Both the position numbers and the translations under genes were made by a program. Shown here piece by piece: positions 1 through 9,008 of a DNA stretch of 64,000 bases. The DNA lies in assembly GCA_964553025.1 (NCBI GenBank), contig CAZKJF010000018.1, positions 1,641 through 65,640 on the forward strand, read 5' to 3'. The first letter of the stretch is position 1, and each line of letters starts with the position of its first letter. The notes beneath the pieces are model-generated. The model had not been told where the DNA came from, ran no database searches, and saw nothing but the letters and a program-made list of their open reading frames with translations. Source of the DNA: an uncultured Candidatus Saccharibacteria bacterium (GTDB lineage Bacteria > Patescibacteriota > Minisyncoccia > 2-02-FULL-40-12 > GWA2-44-9).

Positions 1-467
1 GCCGTATCTTTGCCGTCTACTTTGATGATTTTGTCGCCCGTAACGATACCGGCTTTCTGCGCCGGACTGTCTTTGATCGGCGCGACAACAACCAGCACGC
101 CGTCCTTTTCGTCCAATTCGATACCGACTCCGCCGAACGAGCCGGAAATCTGCTCTTGGAATTTTTGGCTCGTCTCGGGTTCAAAAAATACGGTGTAGGG
201 ATCCCCGAGCGAATTAACCATGCCACTGATGGCGCTGTAGACCATTTTTTGCAAATCAAGCTTGGATTTGTCGACGTACTTGTTTTCCAGGATATTCCAG
301 GCCTTCCAAAATTCGCTGAAATCAACGTTTTGGACGTTGCCCGTGTCCTGATTGATCAGCGCCTGCACGCTTGCCGCTTTGGATTGATGGAACTGGGAAA
401 ATTCAAACCCGCCGCCGAAGCCGATGACCAAGGATGCGATGATGACAATGGGAAGAAATTTTTTCAT
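1..467 (-). CDS. C-terminal processing (S41/CtpA-like) peptidase, N-terminal part; CDS runs off the window 5' edge
   Basis: Manual minus-strand translation from ATG at 467: MKKFLPIVIIASLVIGFGGG... contains a signal/TM segment and a PDZ-like block (GGVGIELDEKDGVLVVVAPIKDSPAQKAGIVTGDKIIKVDGKD). The reading frame stays open to position 1. The ORF track omits it because it is truncated. Its ATG overlaps the upstream GT2 stop as ATGA. Confidence 0.75.
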   Translation of the reverse strand, partial: MKKFLPIVIIASLVIGFGGGFEFSQFHQSKAASVQALINQDTGNVQNVDFSEFWKAWNILENKYVDKSKLDLQKMVYSAISGMVNSLGDPYTVFFEPETSQKFQEQISGSFGGVGIELDEKDGVLVVVAPIKDSPAQKAGIVTGDKIIKVDGKDT

Positions 468-1273
468 GAAACGTGAGTAAAACGCCGGGTGCCGTATTTG
501 CGGAAATAGCGGATCGCGTCTTTGATGTGCTGGCGCGTTTGGCGGTTAACGAAAACGTCGAAGATGCCGACGCGGCCGCGCGATTCTCGGTGATGGTAAT
601 GAAACATCTGCGCTTCGGGAATATACGCGACGGCGTATCCATTGTCCCAAAATCGGCGCGGCCAGTCAACGTCGCTTAGATATAAAAACATGCTTTCATC
701 CATGGGGCCGACTTTTTCCGCCGCCGCCTTGGTAATCATGAAGGCGGAACCCGAGAGCCAGTCAACGAGAGTCGGATGCGTAAGGTCCCGATCGTTCATG
801 AAAAAATCGTTCATCGATTTTTTCATGAACGGCAAAAGGCCGAGCGGTGTCCGGCGCGACAAAATAGTGAGCGGGGTTACATATCGAAAGCATGACGCTT
901 GCGGCGTACCGTCGAAATTTAAAAGTTTGGGGCCGGCCATGCCTACCTCGGAATGGCCGATTAAATATTTGTGGAGAATCTCAAAACTGTTTGCCATCGG
1001 GATGATATCCGAGTTCATGATGAAGCAGGTATCGCCGCCTGCGGCGGCGATACCTGCGTTCACTCCTTTGGTATACCCGATATTTTCGGCAAACGGCAGG
1101 TATTTCACGGACGGAAATTCTTCAGTAACCACGCTTCGCGTCCGCGGGCCGGCCGCCACGTCGACCACCAGGATTTCATGGGCAAAACTCGGCGTGATCG
1201 CCCGCTGGATTGACTTCAAGCATAATCGCAAGAGTTCAGGCTTTTGATAATTGACGATAATGATCGAGAGCAT
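464..1273 (-). CDS. glycosyltransferase family 2
   Basis: N-terminus MLSIIIVNYQKPELLRLCLKSIQ plus DxD context typical of GT2. Sits in the tightly packed minus-strand operon. Confidence 0.8.
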   Translation of the reverse strand: MLSIIIVNYQKPELLRLCLKSIQRAITPSFAHEILVVDVAAGPRTRSVVTEEFPSVKYLPFAENIGYTKGVNAGIAAAGGDTCFIMNSDIIPMANSFEILHKYLIGHSEVGMAGPKLLNFDGTPQASCFRYVTPLTILSRRTPLGLLPFMKKSMNDFFMNDRDLTHPTLVDWLSGSAFMITKAAAEKVGPMDESMFLYLSDVDWPRRFWDNGYAVAYIPEAQMFHYHHRESRGRVGIFDVFVNRQTRQHIKDAIRYFRKYGTRRFTHVS

Positions 1274-1274
1274 G

Positions 1275-2324
1275 TTAGTTCAGGATCGTCTGGAACAGCG
1301 ATTTAATCTGATCGAAATTCCCGCCTTTGGGGGTCAGGATATAAATACCGTTGGCATCCTTGCCTTGATCGACAAGATTGTCGGTCGAGATGATATATTT
1401 CTTCATAGCCGCAAAGTCAGCCGTTTTGGCGAGCGTCACGAAGTTCTTAATGTCAAATACGCCGATGTCAGTGCGAATGTTGCTGCGAATGGTGTTGAAT
1501 ACGGAAATTGTTTTGAGCGGATCGCTGAAGAAATTCAAGGATAAAAGCTTGTCTTTGAGGGCGAACATGACCTGCTGCTGCCGGCGGGACCGGTCGAAAT
1601 CCGTGGAAGAATAGCGAGATCGGGCATAATAGAGCGCGTTTTGACCGTCCAAATGATTCGGTCCCGCCGGCAGCGAGAACGGATATCCCCACTGCTTGGG
1701 CTCACTGAAGGGCTGGTCCAGAGTTACATCGATTCCGCCGACCGAATCAATGATTTCTTTAAACGATGAAAAACTGAAAATCACAACGTTGTCAATATAT
1801 ACGCCGGTAATCTGCGAAATCTTATCTTTGATGAATTGGAGGGAATTATTGGAGTGGCTCAATCCGTATTCGTACGCCTCGTTTAATTTATTGTCGTTGT
1901 CGCCGTGAGTCCAGACAAGCAGATCGCGCGGGATCGAGATGAGCGAGGATTTATGAGTTTTTTTGTCGTAACTCAATACTTGGATCGAATCGGTCAGCAG
2001 CGCTCCCCCATCGGCAGCATCAGGATCGTCTTCGCCTCGCATGCCGAGAATTAAAACATCCAGACGGTCGTCTTCTTTTTCCGGCATGACATAATCGCGG
2101 CTCTTGGCGACAGGCAGCTTGTGAGGGTCGGTGTTTTCCGTTTCATTGCCGAATAGTTGTCCGATATTAATGCTGTGCGAGCCCGTAATTAAAAGATTGC
2201 CGATAATAACGGCGACGAAGACACCCAAAATCCAATAACCCACAGGCGGGATGGAAAGGCGTCGAAGCCATGATTTTCTGGGCTGCGGGGGCATGCCGGG
2301 TGAGAACGGCGGAATTGGAGCCAT
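1275..2324 (-). CDS. LCP family (LytR-CpsA-Psr) cell-envelope polymer transferase
   Basis: N-terminal TM followed by an LCP-like core (LILGMRGEDD...ALLTDSIQVLSYDKKTHKSSLISIPRDL). 1-nt gap to the downstream GT2. Confidence 0.7.
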   Translation of the reverse strand: MAPIPPFSPGMPPQPRKSWLRRLSIPPVGYWILGVFVAVIIGNLLITGSHSINIGQLFGNETENTDPHKLPVAKSRDYVMPEKEDDRLDVLILGMRGEDDPDAADGGALLTDSIQVLSYDKKTHKSSLISIPRDLLVWTHGDNDNKLNEAYEYGLSHSNNSLQFIKDKISQITGVYIDNVVIFSFSSFKEIIDSVGGIDVTLDQPFSEPKQWGYPFSLPAGPNHLDGQNALYYARSRYSSTDFDRSRRQQQVMFALKDKLLSLNFFSDPLKTISVFNTIRSNIRTDIGVFDIKNFVTLAKTADFAAMKKYIISTDNLVDQGKDANGIYILTPKGGNFDQIKSLFQTILN

Positions 2325-2330
2325 AAGAGA

Positions 2331-3374
2331 TTAAACGAAAAATCGGTGAATTTCCTGACCGGACGCGCGGGCGGATTTCATGATCGCCCGCCGCTTGTGA
2401 AGCATTCGCGGGATACCTTTCAAATAACGCGGCAGTTCGCCGAAGACTTGCGGTTCAAACAGCAGTGTATAGGCCAAGACGGCGATTTCGCGCGCGATGA
2501 TATAGGGCGCGTCCTTCAGAACATTCATTATATAATCGTTTTTGATCCGTGTCCATCGGGTATTGCGCCATTCCAAACGCCGCTTTTGGATGGGAATTTG
2601 TCGTCGAATACCGGTTCGACGGATTGAGCTTACCACCCCCGCGGCGTGGCTTTTGGTTGTTTGGCGGTCATGCCAGGCAATGATTCGAGGATCATAGACT
2701 TGTTTCCAGCCGGCGATGCTGATGCGCCAGGCGACATCCAGATCTTCGCCGTACCAGAACAGGTCGTGATCAGCGATCTCACCCAAAACGTGGATGCTTT
2801 CCAAAGCCGCCCTGCGAAAAACCGGAACGGCGCCTTCGACCCCGAATATTTCGCGGTAGGCGCCGAACCGCTCCCCATCCGGCTGGCCGTGGCCGATATT
2901 TGCCACGCGCCGCGAACGTTCGATCTGAAAGCCGCACGTGTCGATAATTTTCCGAGGCAAATTATCAGCTCGCTCTAAGTCAGCAATCGCGTACTGATAG
3001 ATTTTGGCTTGGAGTCCGCCTACTCGCTCGTCGGTATCCATAATCTCCAGCGCGCGGGCGAGGAAATTTTCTTCCAGCATGACATCGACCGACAGGAATA
3101 CTACGTACGCTCCCCGCGAGCGTTTCAGCAGCAATTCCTGGCCGCCCCACATGCCGTGATTTTCGCGGCTCTTGATAAACGAGACCGGCGCCTGATTGCC
3201 GAATTCTTTTTGCCAGTATTCGATGACCTCTTGCGTCCGGTCGCTCGATCCATTATCCAAGATAAGGATTTCAACGCGGCCCCAATCGACGCGCTGGCTT
3301 GCCAGCGCGTCGAGACAATGGCGGATATATTTTTCCCCATTGAGAACTACTAGTTGTACGGATATCGTACTCAT
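2331..3374 (-). CDS. glycosyltransferase family 2
   Basis: N-terminus MSTISVQLVVLNGEKYIRHCLDALASQ...ILILDNGSSDRTQEV. Overlaps the upstream gene by 4 nt. Confidence 0.8.
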   Translation of the reverse strand: MSTISVQLVVLNGEKYIRHCLDALASQRVDWGRVEILILDNGSSDRTQEVIEYWQKEFGNQAPVSFIKSRENHGMWGGQELLLKRSRGAYVVFLSVDVMLEENFLARALEIMDTDERVGGLQAKIYQYAIADLERADNLPRKIIDTCGFQIERSRRVANIGHGQPDGERFGAYREIFGVEGAVPVFRRAALESIHVLGEIADHDLFWYGEDLDVAWRISIAGWKQVYDPRIIAWHDRQTTKSHAAGVVSSIRRTGIRRQIPIQKRRLEWRNTRWTRIKNDYIMNVLKDAPYIIAREIAVLAYTLLFEPQVFGELPRYLKGIPRMLHKRRAIMKSARASGQEIHRFFV

Positions 3375-4930
3375 GCCAGGTTCTTTTCTTCCGCGAACAG
3401 AATTCCGAGAACCACGCTGAAAAATAGGAGCGCGCGCTCATCAAATAACGCTACATCAGTCATCAGATATGCCAGAACCCACGGAATTGAGATTAAACCC
3501 GCAGCATAGTAGGCCGAGAAAAAACCGTTTTGGGATGACCGGAATTTCAGATACAGTGTTTTCAAGATCAGCCAGACAAGATAAAGAGCAGCCAAAAGAG
3601 CCGGAATTCCCATCTCGGCGGCGATGTGAAGATAGATATTGTGAGCCGAGGAACCCGCCCGCGAGAGCTTAATGTCTTGATCCAAAACGACCGGGAAGTT
3701 GCCAATGCCAACGCCCAAAAGGGGCCGAGCTTCGATTGAAGAGAGCGTTTGTTTCCAGATTAGGATGCGCTGGGCATTGGATGTCTCGCCGAAATCAAGA
3801 ATTGATTTAATCCGTTGTTGAAGCAGCAACGCGTTGCCCTTGGAAACGAGAAATTGGGGCGAAGCGAAAATCGGGTACGCGATGCTGAATAGAAGAATGA
3901 ATATTGTCAGGTAGGATGCGACATATTTGAAGACATTGCGAGTCGGAAGCGGCACGCGCGTGTGGCGTATGAGCCAGATGACCAAGAAGCTCCAAACGAC
4001 GACTGCGGCCGCGCCCGCCCAAAACCCGCGCGTGCCGCTTAAAATCACGAACAAGAATATTGCCGGAATCCAAAGGACGGCCAGACTGCCGCGCGTTCGA
4101 ACCATGCTCCAGAACCGCTCCGCCCGCGCCAACGGTTTTTGGATGCTCCAGGCAAAGAATGCCGGCAAGCCGAGTAAGAGAAAGATCGGAAAAGAATGCG
4201 AATCCGGGAAAAGCGAGAATACGCGCAGTGAGAGCTGATCGCCGAAATACGCGAACCAGGTATTGCCGACGTGCGTTGCGATATAGGACCACTCGGTGCC
4301 GAATTGCCGAAGCTGGATTCCCTCGCCCCAGATGCGCATAAATTGATAGATGTCGACCAGGTATGTCGCGCAAACTTGGATTATTCCGACTGCCAGCGCG
4401 ATAATCACTGGCACCGTGAGGTTTCGAATCAGGCGGGCCGGCCGCCGGCCCGCCTGATTCCACGCGACGACTCCGATCAAAGCCGCATTGACGAAATAAA
4501 TTATTCGCTTCAGGCCTGCGACTGGATCCGGTGAATGCCACAGCGACAGGAAAGCCAGCAATATAAGCGCGTGGAGCGCGACTGCTGCCGGGTGTTTGTG
4601 GAAAAATTCGTGCGGATGATTGATCGCTAACTTCAATTCCCCGACCAGATAGCGCCGGGTTTCCGGCGCAAAGAGCCATTTGCAAAAAATAACGATTGAA
4701 AACAAGCGCCATTGATTGAAATTATCAAACGATGCGGTAAGCGGAATTGCAATAAAAAGCGGGATTGAGCGGACAAAAAAGACTATCCCATCTTCCAGAT
4801 TCATCAATGCCAGAGCGACGATGAGGATTCCGGTTTCCCAGATGACCAGCGACCGCGGCGCCAGCCCGGAAACGACAAGGCCAAAAAAAATCAGGTGAGC
4901 GATAAATAATGAAAGAGAAAATTTCTTCAT
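3371..4930 (-). CDS. O-antigen ligase / polymerase-like polytopic membrane protein (Wzy/WaaL family)
   Basis: 519 aa with more than 10 predicted TM helices, embedded between glycosyltransferase genes. Overlaps both neighbours by 4 nt. Confidence 0.55.
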   Translation of the reverse strand: MKKFSLSLFIAHLIFFGLVVSGLAPRSLVIWETGILIVALALMNLEDGIVFFVRSIPLFIAIPLTASFDNFNQWRLFSIVIFCKWLFAPETRRYLVGELKLAINHPHEFFHKHPAAVALHALILLAFLSLWHSPDPVAGLKRIIYFVNAALIGVVAWNQAGRRPARLIRNLTVPVIIALAVGIIQVCATYLVDIYQFMRIWGEGIQLRQFGTEWSYIATHVGNTWFAYFGDQLSLRVFSLFPDSHSFPIFLLLGLPAFFAWSIQKPLARAERFWSMVRTRGSLAVLWIPAIFLFVILSGTRGFWAGAAAVVVWSFLVIWLIRHTRVPLPTRNVFKYVASYLTIFILLFSIAYPIFASPQFLVSKGNALLLQQRIKSILDFGETSNAQRILIWKQTLSSIEARPLLGVGIGNFPVVLDQDIKLSRAGSSAHNIYLHIAAEMGIPALLAALYLVWLILKTLYLKFRSSQNGFFSAYYAAGLISIPWVLAYLMTDVALFDERALLFFSVVLGILFAEEKNLA

Positions 4931-6912
4931 ACGAGAGTTTTTACGATTGTAAGCCAGCGCTCGGTAAATTTCAGCCAGGAATAGCGCGCGCCGTGCGCAG
5001 GGCCTTCTGTTTTAATCCTATTCACTTTCGCCGTGTCCGTCAAAGCTTCCCGCATTGCAGCCGCAATGCGGGAAGGGCTGGCCTCGGTCGCATAAAACGC
5101 ATTATCTTCGAATAGTTCCCGCCCCAATTCGTTATCGGCGATAATCGGAGGTACTCCCAGCGCAAGTGCTTCCATCGGCGGCAAACCGAAAGCTTCACGA
5201 TCCGATACGTACAGGAGCGCCGCGGCATTTCGATATAAAACGGCTAATTCTTCTTGCGGCACATAATCTCGGTGACTTACCGCCTCGCGGCCAAGGGTTA
5301 AATTCACGGTTTTGACGATATAATCAATTGTCGGCGTTTCATATTTGTCGGGGCCAATCGTAATCAATCGGAAACTCGAAAATTCTTTGCCGATTTCTTT
5401 GAAAGCAAGGATCGTCTCTCGCAGATGCCGCCGCGGAAATGCTTGGCCGACGTACAGAAGATATGGATAATCAAGGACGGTGCCGCCTTCTTTCAGTTCT
5501 TCAATGTCTACGCCGAGCGGGTTGGCGATGATGCGTCGGGGATTAATGCGGTATAACCGCGCGACGTTTTTCTTTGAAGTTTCAGAAATGGTCATCACGC
5601 GCGACGCGCAATGAGCTGTCCACCAGCCGAAGATTCGATACGCCAGTCGGTAGCGGAACGGTAATTTCCCCTCGTGAGCCTCATAATAAATATCCTCGGT
5701 CAGAAGCGCGAACGAACGATTGAACGCGATGATCGGCAGCATATAGTTTGGCCAGAACATTACATTCAGACGCTCAAACCAGAGCTTAATCGGAAGCAAG
5801 AGATAGTAATAAATCGGGAACAGCCGCCGCCGAAACAGCGGGACGGGCGCAATTTTTTTCTCAAACATGGGTGATTTTAAAAACGGCAGATCAGGCGCTT
5901 CATCTTTGAAGTACAAAATAAATTCAAATGTTTCCGCCAGCTCGGGCTGCGCGGCGATTTGCTCGAGTAATTTAATGATCATTTTTCCGACTCCCCATAC
6001 TGGATTCTTGCCTTCGATTGATTCGCATTCGATGCCGACGCGGATTTTGGCGCCGTCGCCGCGATAGCCGACATAGAAGTCCTTGAAGCCAGCAAGAATC
6101 CCTTTGGAAGCTTCTGCATTTCTGCCCAGGAGTATCTTAAGCCATTGTTTCATTGCCACCCACCCGCTCCAGGGCACTGCCAAAAGAACTGCCCACAAGG
6201 GGCCGTGCTTGAAATTAAAGCGCAGCGCGCTGCGATAATGATGGCGAAATAAAAACGGCGAACCCATTTTGCCGGTAACTGCCGAAACCGCGTGGCGGAC
6301 TACAACATCATCGGTCAGGGTAAGCGGAATGCCGGCCCGATAGGCGCGAATGGAATAGTCGGCGTCTTCAAAATATAAAAAATATTTTTCGTCCAAGCCG
6401 CCGATGGTCTGGTAGGCGCGGCGGGATATAGCCATTGCCGCTCCGATTGCATAGGTATCGGGACCGATCCGTTCCGGTTTGTGGATATGCTGAAGCGTCG
6501 GTTTCAGCCACTGAATACTGCCCCCGTAGACGGTTCGGGAGCCCTCGTTGATAGCCAGGCCGACAAGCCCGTCTGAAGGGCCTAAAACGCCCTTCAGACG
6601 GGCGATAAAGTCAGTTTCGACCCAAGTGTCAGGATTGATCAGCAGAACCCAATCAGCCCCCTTTTTAAAGGCTTTAGCGAGGCCAAGGTTGCTGGCACCG
6701 GCGAAGCCGAGATTTCGAGGGCTGGAAATCAGATCAACCGAAGAGAAGTCTTGCTCAACCGCATGTTCGAGTTTTGTCCGGTCATGAGGCTTAGAATCAT
6801 TGTCCACGACAATCACCTCAAAGCTTGAATCGGTTTGATCCCGCAAAGATTTCAGGAGACGCAATAGTTCATCTGAGCCGTTGTAGTTGACGGAAACAAG
6901 CGATACTTTCAC
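4927..6912 (-). CDS. bifunctional glycosyltransferase (N-terminal GT2 domain fused to C-terminal GT4/GT1 domain)
   Basis: N-terminus MKVSLVSVNYNGSDELLRLLKSLRDQ..FEVIVVDNDS matches GT2. The C-terminus ...EALALGVPPIIADN...ELF is a GT4-type Rossmann motif. 661 aa. Confidence 0.7.
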   Translation of the reverse strand: MKVSLVSVNYNGSDELLRLLKSLRDQTDSSFEVIVVDNDSKPHDRTKLEHAVEQDFSSVDLISSPRNLGFAGASNLGLAKAFKKGADWVLLINPDTWVETDFIARLKGVLGPSDGLVGLAINEGSRTVYGGSIQWLKPTLQHIHKPERIGPDTYAIGAAMAISRRAYQTIGGLDEKYFLYFEDADYSIRAYRAGIPLTLTDDVVVRHAVSAVTGKMGSPFLFRHHYRSALRFNFKHGPLWAVLLAVPWSGWVAMKQWLKILLGRNAEASKGILAGFKDFYVGYRGDGAKIRVGIECESIEGKNPVWGVGKMIIKLLEQIAAQPELAETFEFILYFKDEAPDLPFLKSPMFEKKIAPVPLFRRRLFPIYYYLLLPIKLWFERLNVMFWPNYMLPIIAFNRSFALLTEDIYYEAHEGKLPFRYRLAYRIFGWWTAHCASRVMTISETSKKNVARLYRINPRRIIANPLGVDIEELKEGGTVLDYPYLLYVGQAFPRRHLRETILAFKEIGKEFSSFRLITIGPDKYETPTIDYIVKTVNLTLGREAVSHRDYVPQEELAVLYRNAAALLYVSDREAFGLPPMEALALGVPPIIADNELGRELFEDNAFYATEASPSRIAAAMREALTDTAKVNRIKTEGPAHGARYSWLKFTERWLTIVKTLV

Positions 6913-6988
6913 CCGTCTACCATAGCAAAAATCGCCCTTTTTTTCAATAAAAATGAAATCCCGCCGGCGAAGCCGGCGGGCAGACTCA

Positions 6989-7432
6989 CTATGACGGAAA
7001 CATTGCCATGATGTCTTGATTGATAATGATCAGGTCTACGAGCGATTCCGTCTCCACATTCAGGCGATGCGCCCGAACGACGATAAAGCGGAATATCGAG
7101 ATTTCGACGGGATCCCCGGTGATGCTGGCGCTTTCAGCGCCGTCATCATATAAACTTTCAAAATCTTCTTTCAGCAGCGAACGCTTGAGACGCTCGAACA
7201 CAATGTGGGCCGTGTCAGGCTTAGCCATTACTTCGGCATCCACGCACCGGAGGCAGGCCGTTGTATGATCGGAAAAGCCCGTGTGCGGAGAATTGTGCTT
7301 CTCGCAAAAAAGTCTGTGCCTTTTAGCGCACGGTAAGCACGCGCACGCTTCCAGGCCGCCGTCATCCCAATACGGAATAAGAGCGATCTGGCGAGCATCC
7401 TTCTTGCAGAAGACGCAATCCGTAAAAGCCAT
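6989..7432 (-). CDS. hypothetical Cys-rich (putative zinc-binding) protein with acidic C-terminal half
   Basis: Ten Cys within the first ~70 aa (CxxC, CAC, CxxC ... CxxC). I recognise no family. Confidence 0.4.
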   Translation of the reverse strand: MAFTDCVFCKKDARQIALIPYWDDGGLEACACLPCAKRHRLFCEKHNSPHTGFSDHTTACLRCVDAEVMAKPDTAHIVFERLKRSLLKEDFESLYDDGAESASITGDPVEISIFRFIVVRAHRLNVETESLVDLIIINQDIMAMFPS

Positions 7433-7473
7433 AAAGAACCCTACTCAACTTATACCCCACTTTTTAAAAATAA

Positions 7474-8586
7474 TCAAGATGTAATCTCCAAGATTTTTTT
7501 GTGGAAGGATGCGGCGGAAAATTTTGAAGCATGATCTTTGATCGCTGCCGGATCGTAATTGGAGTAATTCTCATTCAATCGGCGAATGCCGTCAGCCAGG
7601 CCTTCCGGAATCGGGTCGTCAAAAAACTCTCCAGTCATGCCTTCTAGAACAGTTTCCGTAGCGCCTCCTCGACGCAAGGCCAGAACCGGTTTGCCGAATG
7701 TCATAGCTTCGACGGCGGTAAGGCCGAAATCCTCCTCTTGGGGCATGATGAATGCCCGGCACGATGAATAAATGGCGGCAAGCGTTACATCGTCCACTGA
7801 ACGAAGAAAGGTAATATTTTTGCCGGCCAGCTGTCGAAGTTTTTTACGCGCCGGGCCATCCCCTACGATAACCAATGGATAGCCGAGCTTGTTGAACGCC
7901 TTGATTGCCACGCCAATATTCTTATACTCATACAGCCGCGCTACAATTAGGTAACACTCTTTCGGCACAGAATCTTTCTCTCCGCCAGGAATTCTATACG
8001 GTTCGGCGTGAGAAAGATTCTGTGCCGAAATTGATAGTTCAGTTGTAGGCGGATGAATGACGATAGCCTCGCGGCGGTAATACTTTTTGATGCGGGCAGC
8101 GACGGTTTCGGAAATCGCCACAAATTGATCAACTCGGTCAGCGGCCGGCCGATCCCACAATCGAAGCGCATGCTGAACCAGCCGCCCTGGCCACGAATTG
8201 TTTTCGGCCGCATATTCGGCATGCCGATCCCAGAGCTGGCGGCTCGGACTGTAGCAATAGCAGATATGCCGCGTTGAAGGCTTTAGGATAAGGCCTTTGG
8301 AAAAAATAACCGATGAAGAAATTACGGTATCAAACTCGCCCAGATCGAACGATTCAATCGCGACCGGCATCAGCAGGGCAATGAGCGGATACAATCGCGT
8401 AATAAGGGGAACTTTTTGCAGGAAACTCGGCCGGATATCGGCATCAGGCAGAAATTGGCGAACGAACGCCGGGCGATAGAACAGCGTGTAAATCGGCGCG
8501 GAAGGATATGTCCGATGCAGCTCCATCAAGACTCGCTCGGCGCCGGCCAGGTCTTTGATCCAATCGTGAACGATTGCCAGTTTCAT
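7474..8586 (-). CDS. glycosyltransferase family 4 (GT1 superfamily)
   Basis: MKLAIVHDWIKDLAGAERVL... and a C-terminal EDFGLTAVEAMTFGKPV motif typical of GT4. Confidence 0.8.
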   Translation of the reverse strand: MKLAIVHDWIKDLAGAERVLMELHRTYPSAPIYTLFYRPAFVRQFLPDADIRPSFLQKVPLITRLYPLIALLMPVAIESFDLGEFDTVISSSVIFSKGLILKPSTRHICYCYSPSRQLWDRHAEYAAENNSWPGRLVQHALRLWDRPAADRVDQFVAISETVAARIKKYYRREAIVIHPPTTELSISAQNLSHAEPYRIPGGEKDSVPKECYLIVARLYEYKNIGVAIKAFNKLGYPLVIVGDGPARKKLRQLAGKNITFLRSVDDVTLAAIYSSCRAFIMPQEEDFGLTAVEAMTFGKPVLALRRGGATETVLEGMTGEFFDDPIPEGLADGIRRLNENYSNYDPAAIKDHASKFSAASFHKKILEITS

Positions 8587-8624
8587 TGGTTTTCAGTATA
8601 GCGAAAATAGCATCCTTTTCTAGC

Positions 8625-8652
8625 TTGATTTTAAAGAAAGTTTGGGTATAAT
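8625..8652 (+). promoter_or_regulatory. sigma70-like promoter TTGATT-N16-TATAAT, TSS ~6 nt before the ATG at 8666
   Basis: TTGATT at 8625-8630 and TATAAT at 8647-8652, read directly from the sequence. Confidence 0.45.
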
Positions 8653-8665
8653 ATAGAAGTTCTTT

Positions 8666-8983
8666 ATGGATACCTCGGGTATCGGTTTTCCGGATTGCCG
8701 CCGAACGTCGTTGATCGAGTTTATTTCTTTCTCCCGCGTCTGTCTGAATAATTTCAAGAGCAAGGACGCGCACATGCAAGAGGAGGCCCAAACGCGGCAC
8801 CAAGAAGTCATCCAGCAGATATTCAGCGATACCGTGCCCGTGCTTGATACGCTGTTCATCAACCTGCTTGAACTGAAAGATATCTATTTGTCGCCGAAAG
8901 CGGAGAGCAAATATCGCTTGTTTCTGGAATTCGTCGCCAACCCCCAAGCCCTGCCCTTTCGTCCGGCACCGCCGCAAAAATGA
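8666..8983 (+). CDS. hypothetical small protein (105 aa)
   Basis: A good promoter sits upstream and a perfect bidirectional hairpin terminator lies immediately downstream. I recognise no family. Confidence 0.45.
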   Translation: MDTSGIGFPDCRRTSLIEFISFSRVCLNNFKSKDAHMQEEAQTRHQEVIQQIFSDTVPVLDTLFINLLELKDIYLSPKAESKYRLFLEFVANPQALPFRPAPPQK

Positions 8984-9006
8984 AAAGCCCGCTTCGCGGG
9001 CTTTTA
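8984..9006. terminator. bidirectional rho-independent terminator (GCCCGC-loop-GCGGGC, A-run/T-run flanks)
   Basis: aaaagcccgcttcgcgggctttt lies between the convergent 8666..8983 (+) ORF and mreB (-). Confidence 0.6.
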
Positions 9007-9008
9007 GA

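Noticed and set aside
156-476. Plus-strand 106-aa ORF and minus-strand 102-aa ORF (17..325) at the window start
   Set aside because: Both are superseded by the in-frame minus-strand S41 peptidase CDS (1..467), which has a clear PDZ-containing product and an ATGA overlap with the upstream GT2 gene.
642-1247. 201-aa plus-strand ORF antisense to the GT2 gene; similar long antisense or off-frame ORFs at 3807..4712, 9273..9725, 15905..16663, 18267..18698, 37824..38321, 46466..47077, 51138..51734 and 57257..57928
   Set aside because: These are shadow ORFs inside well-supported genes on the opposite strand or another frame. Their compositions are low-complexity, Arg/Gly-rich products typical of GC-rich antisense frames.
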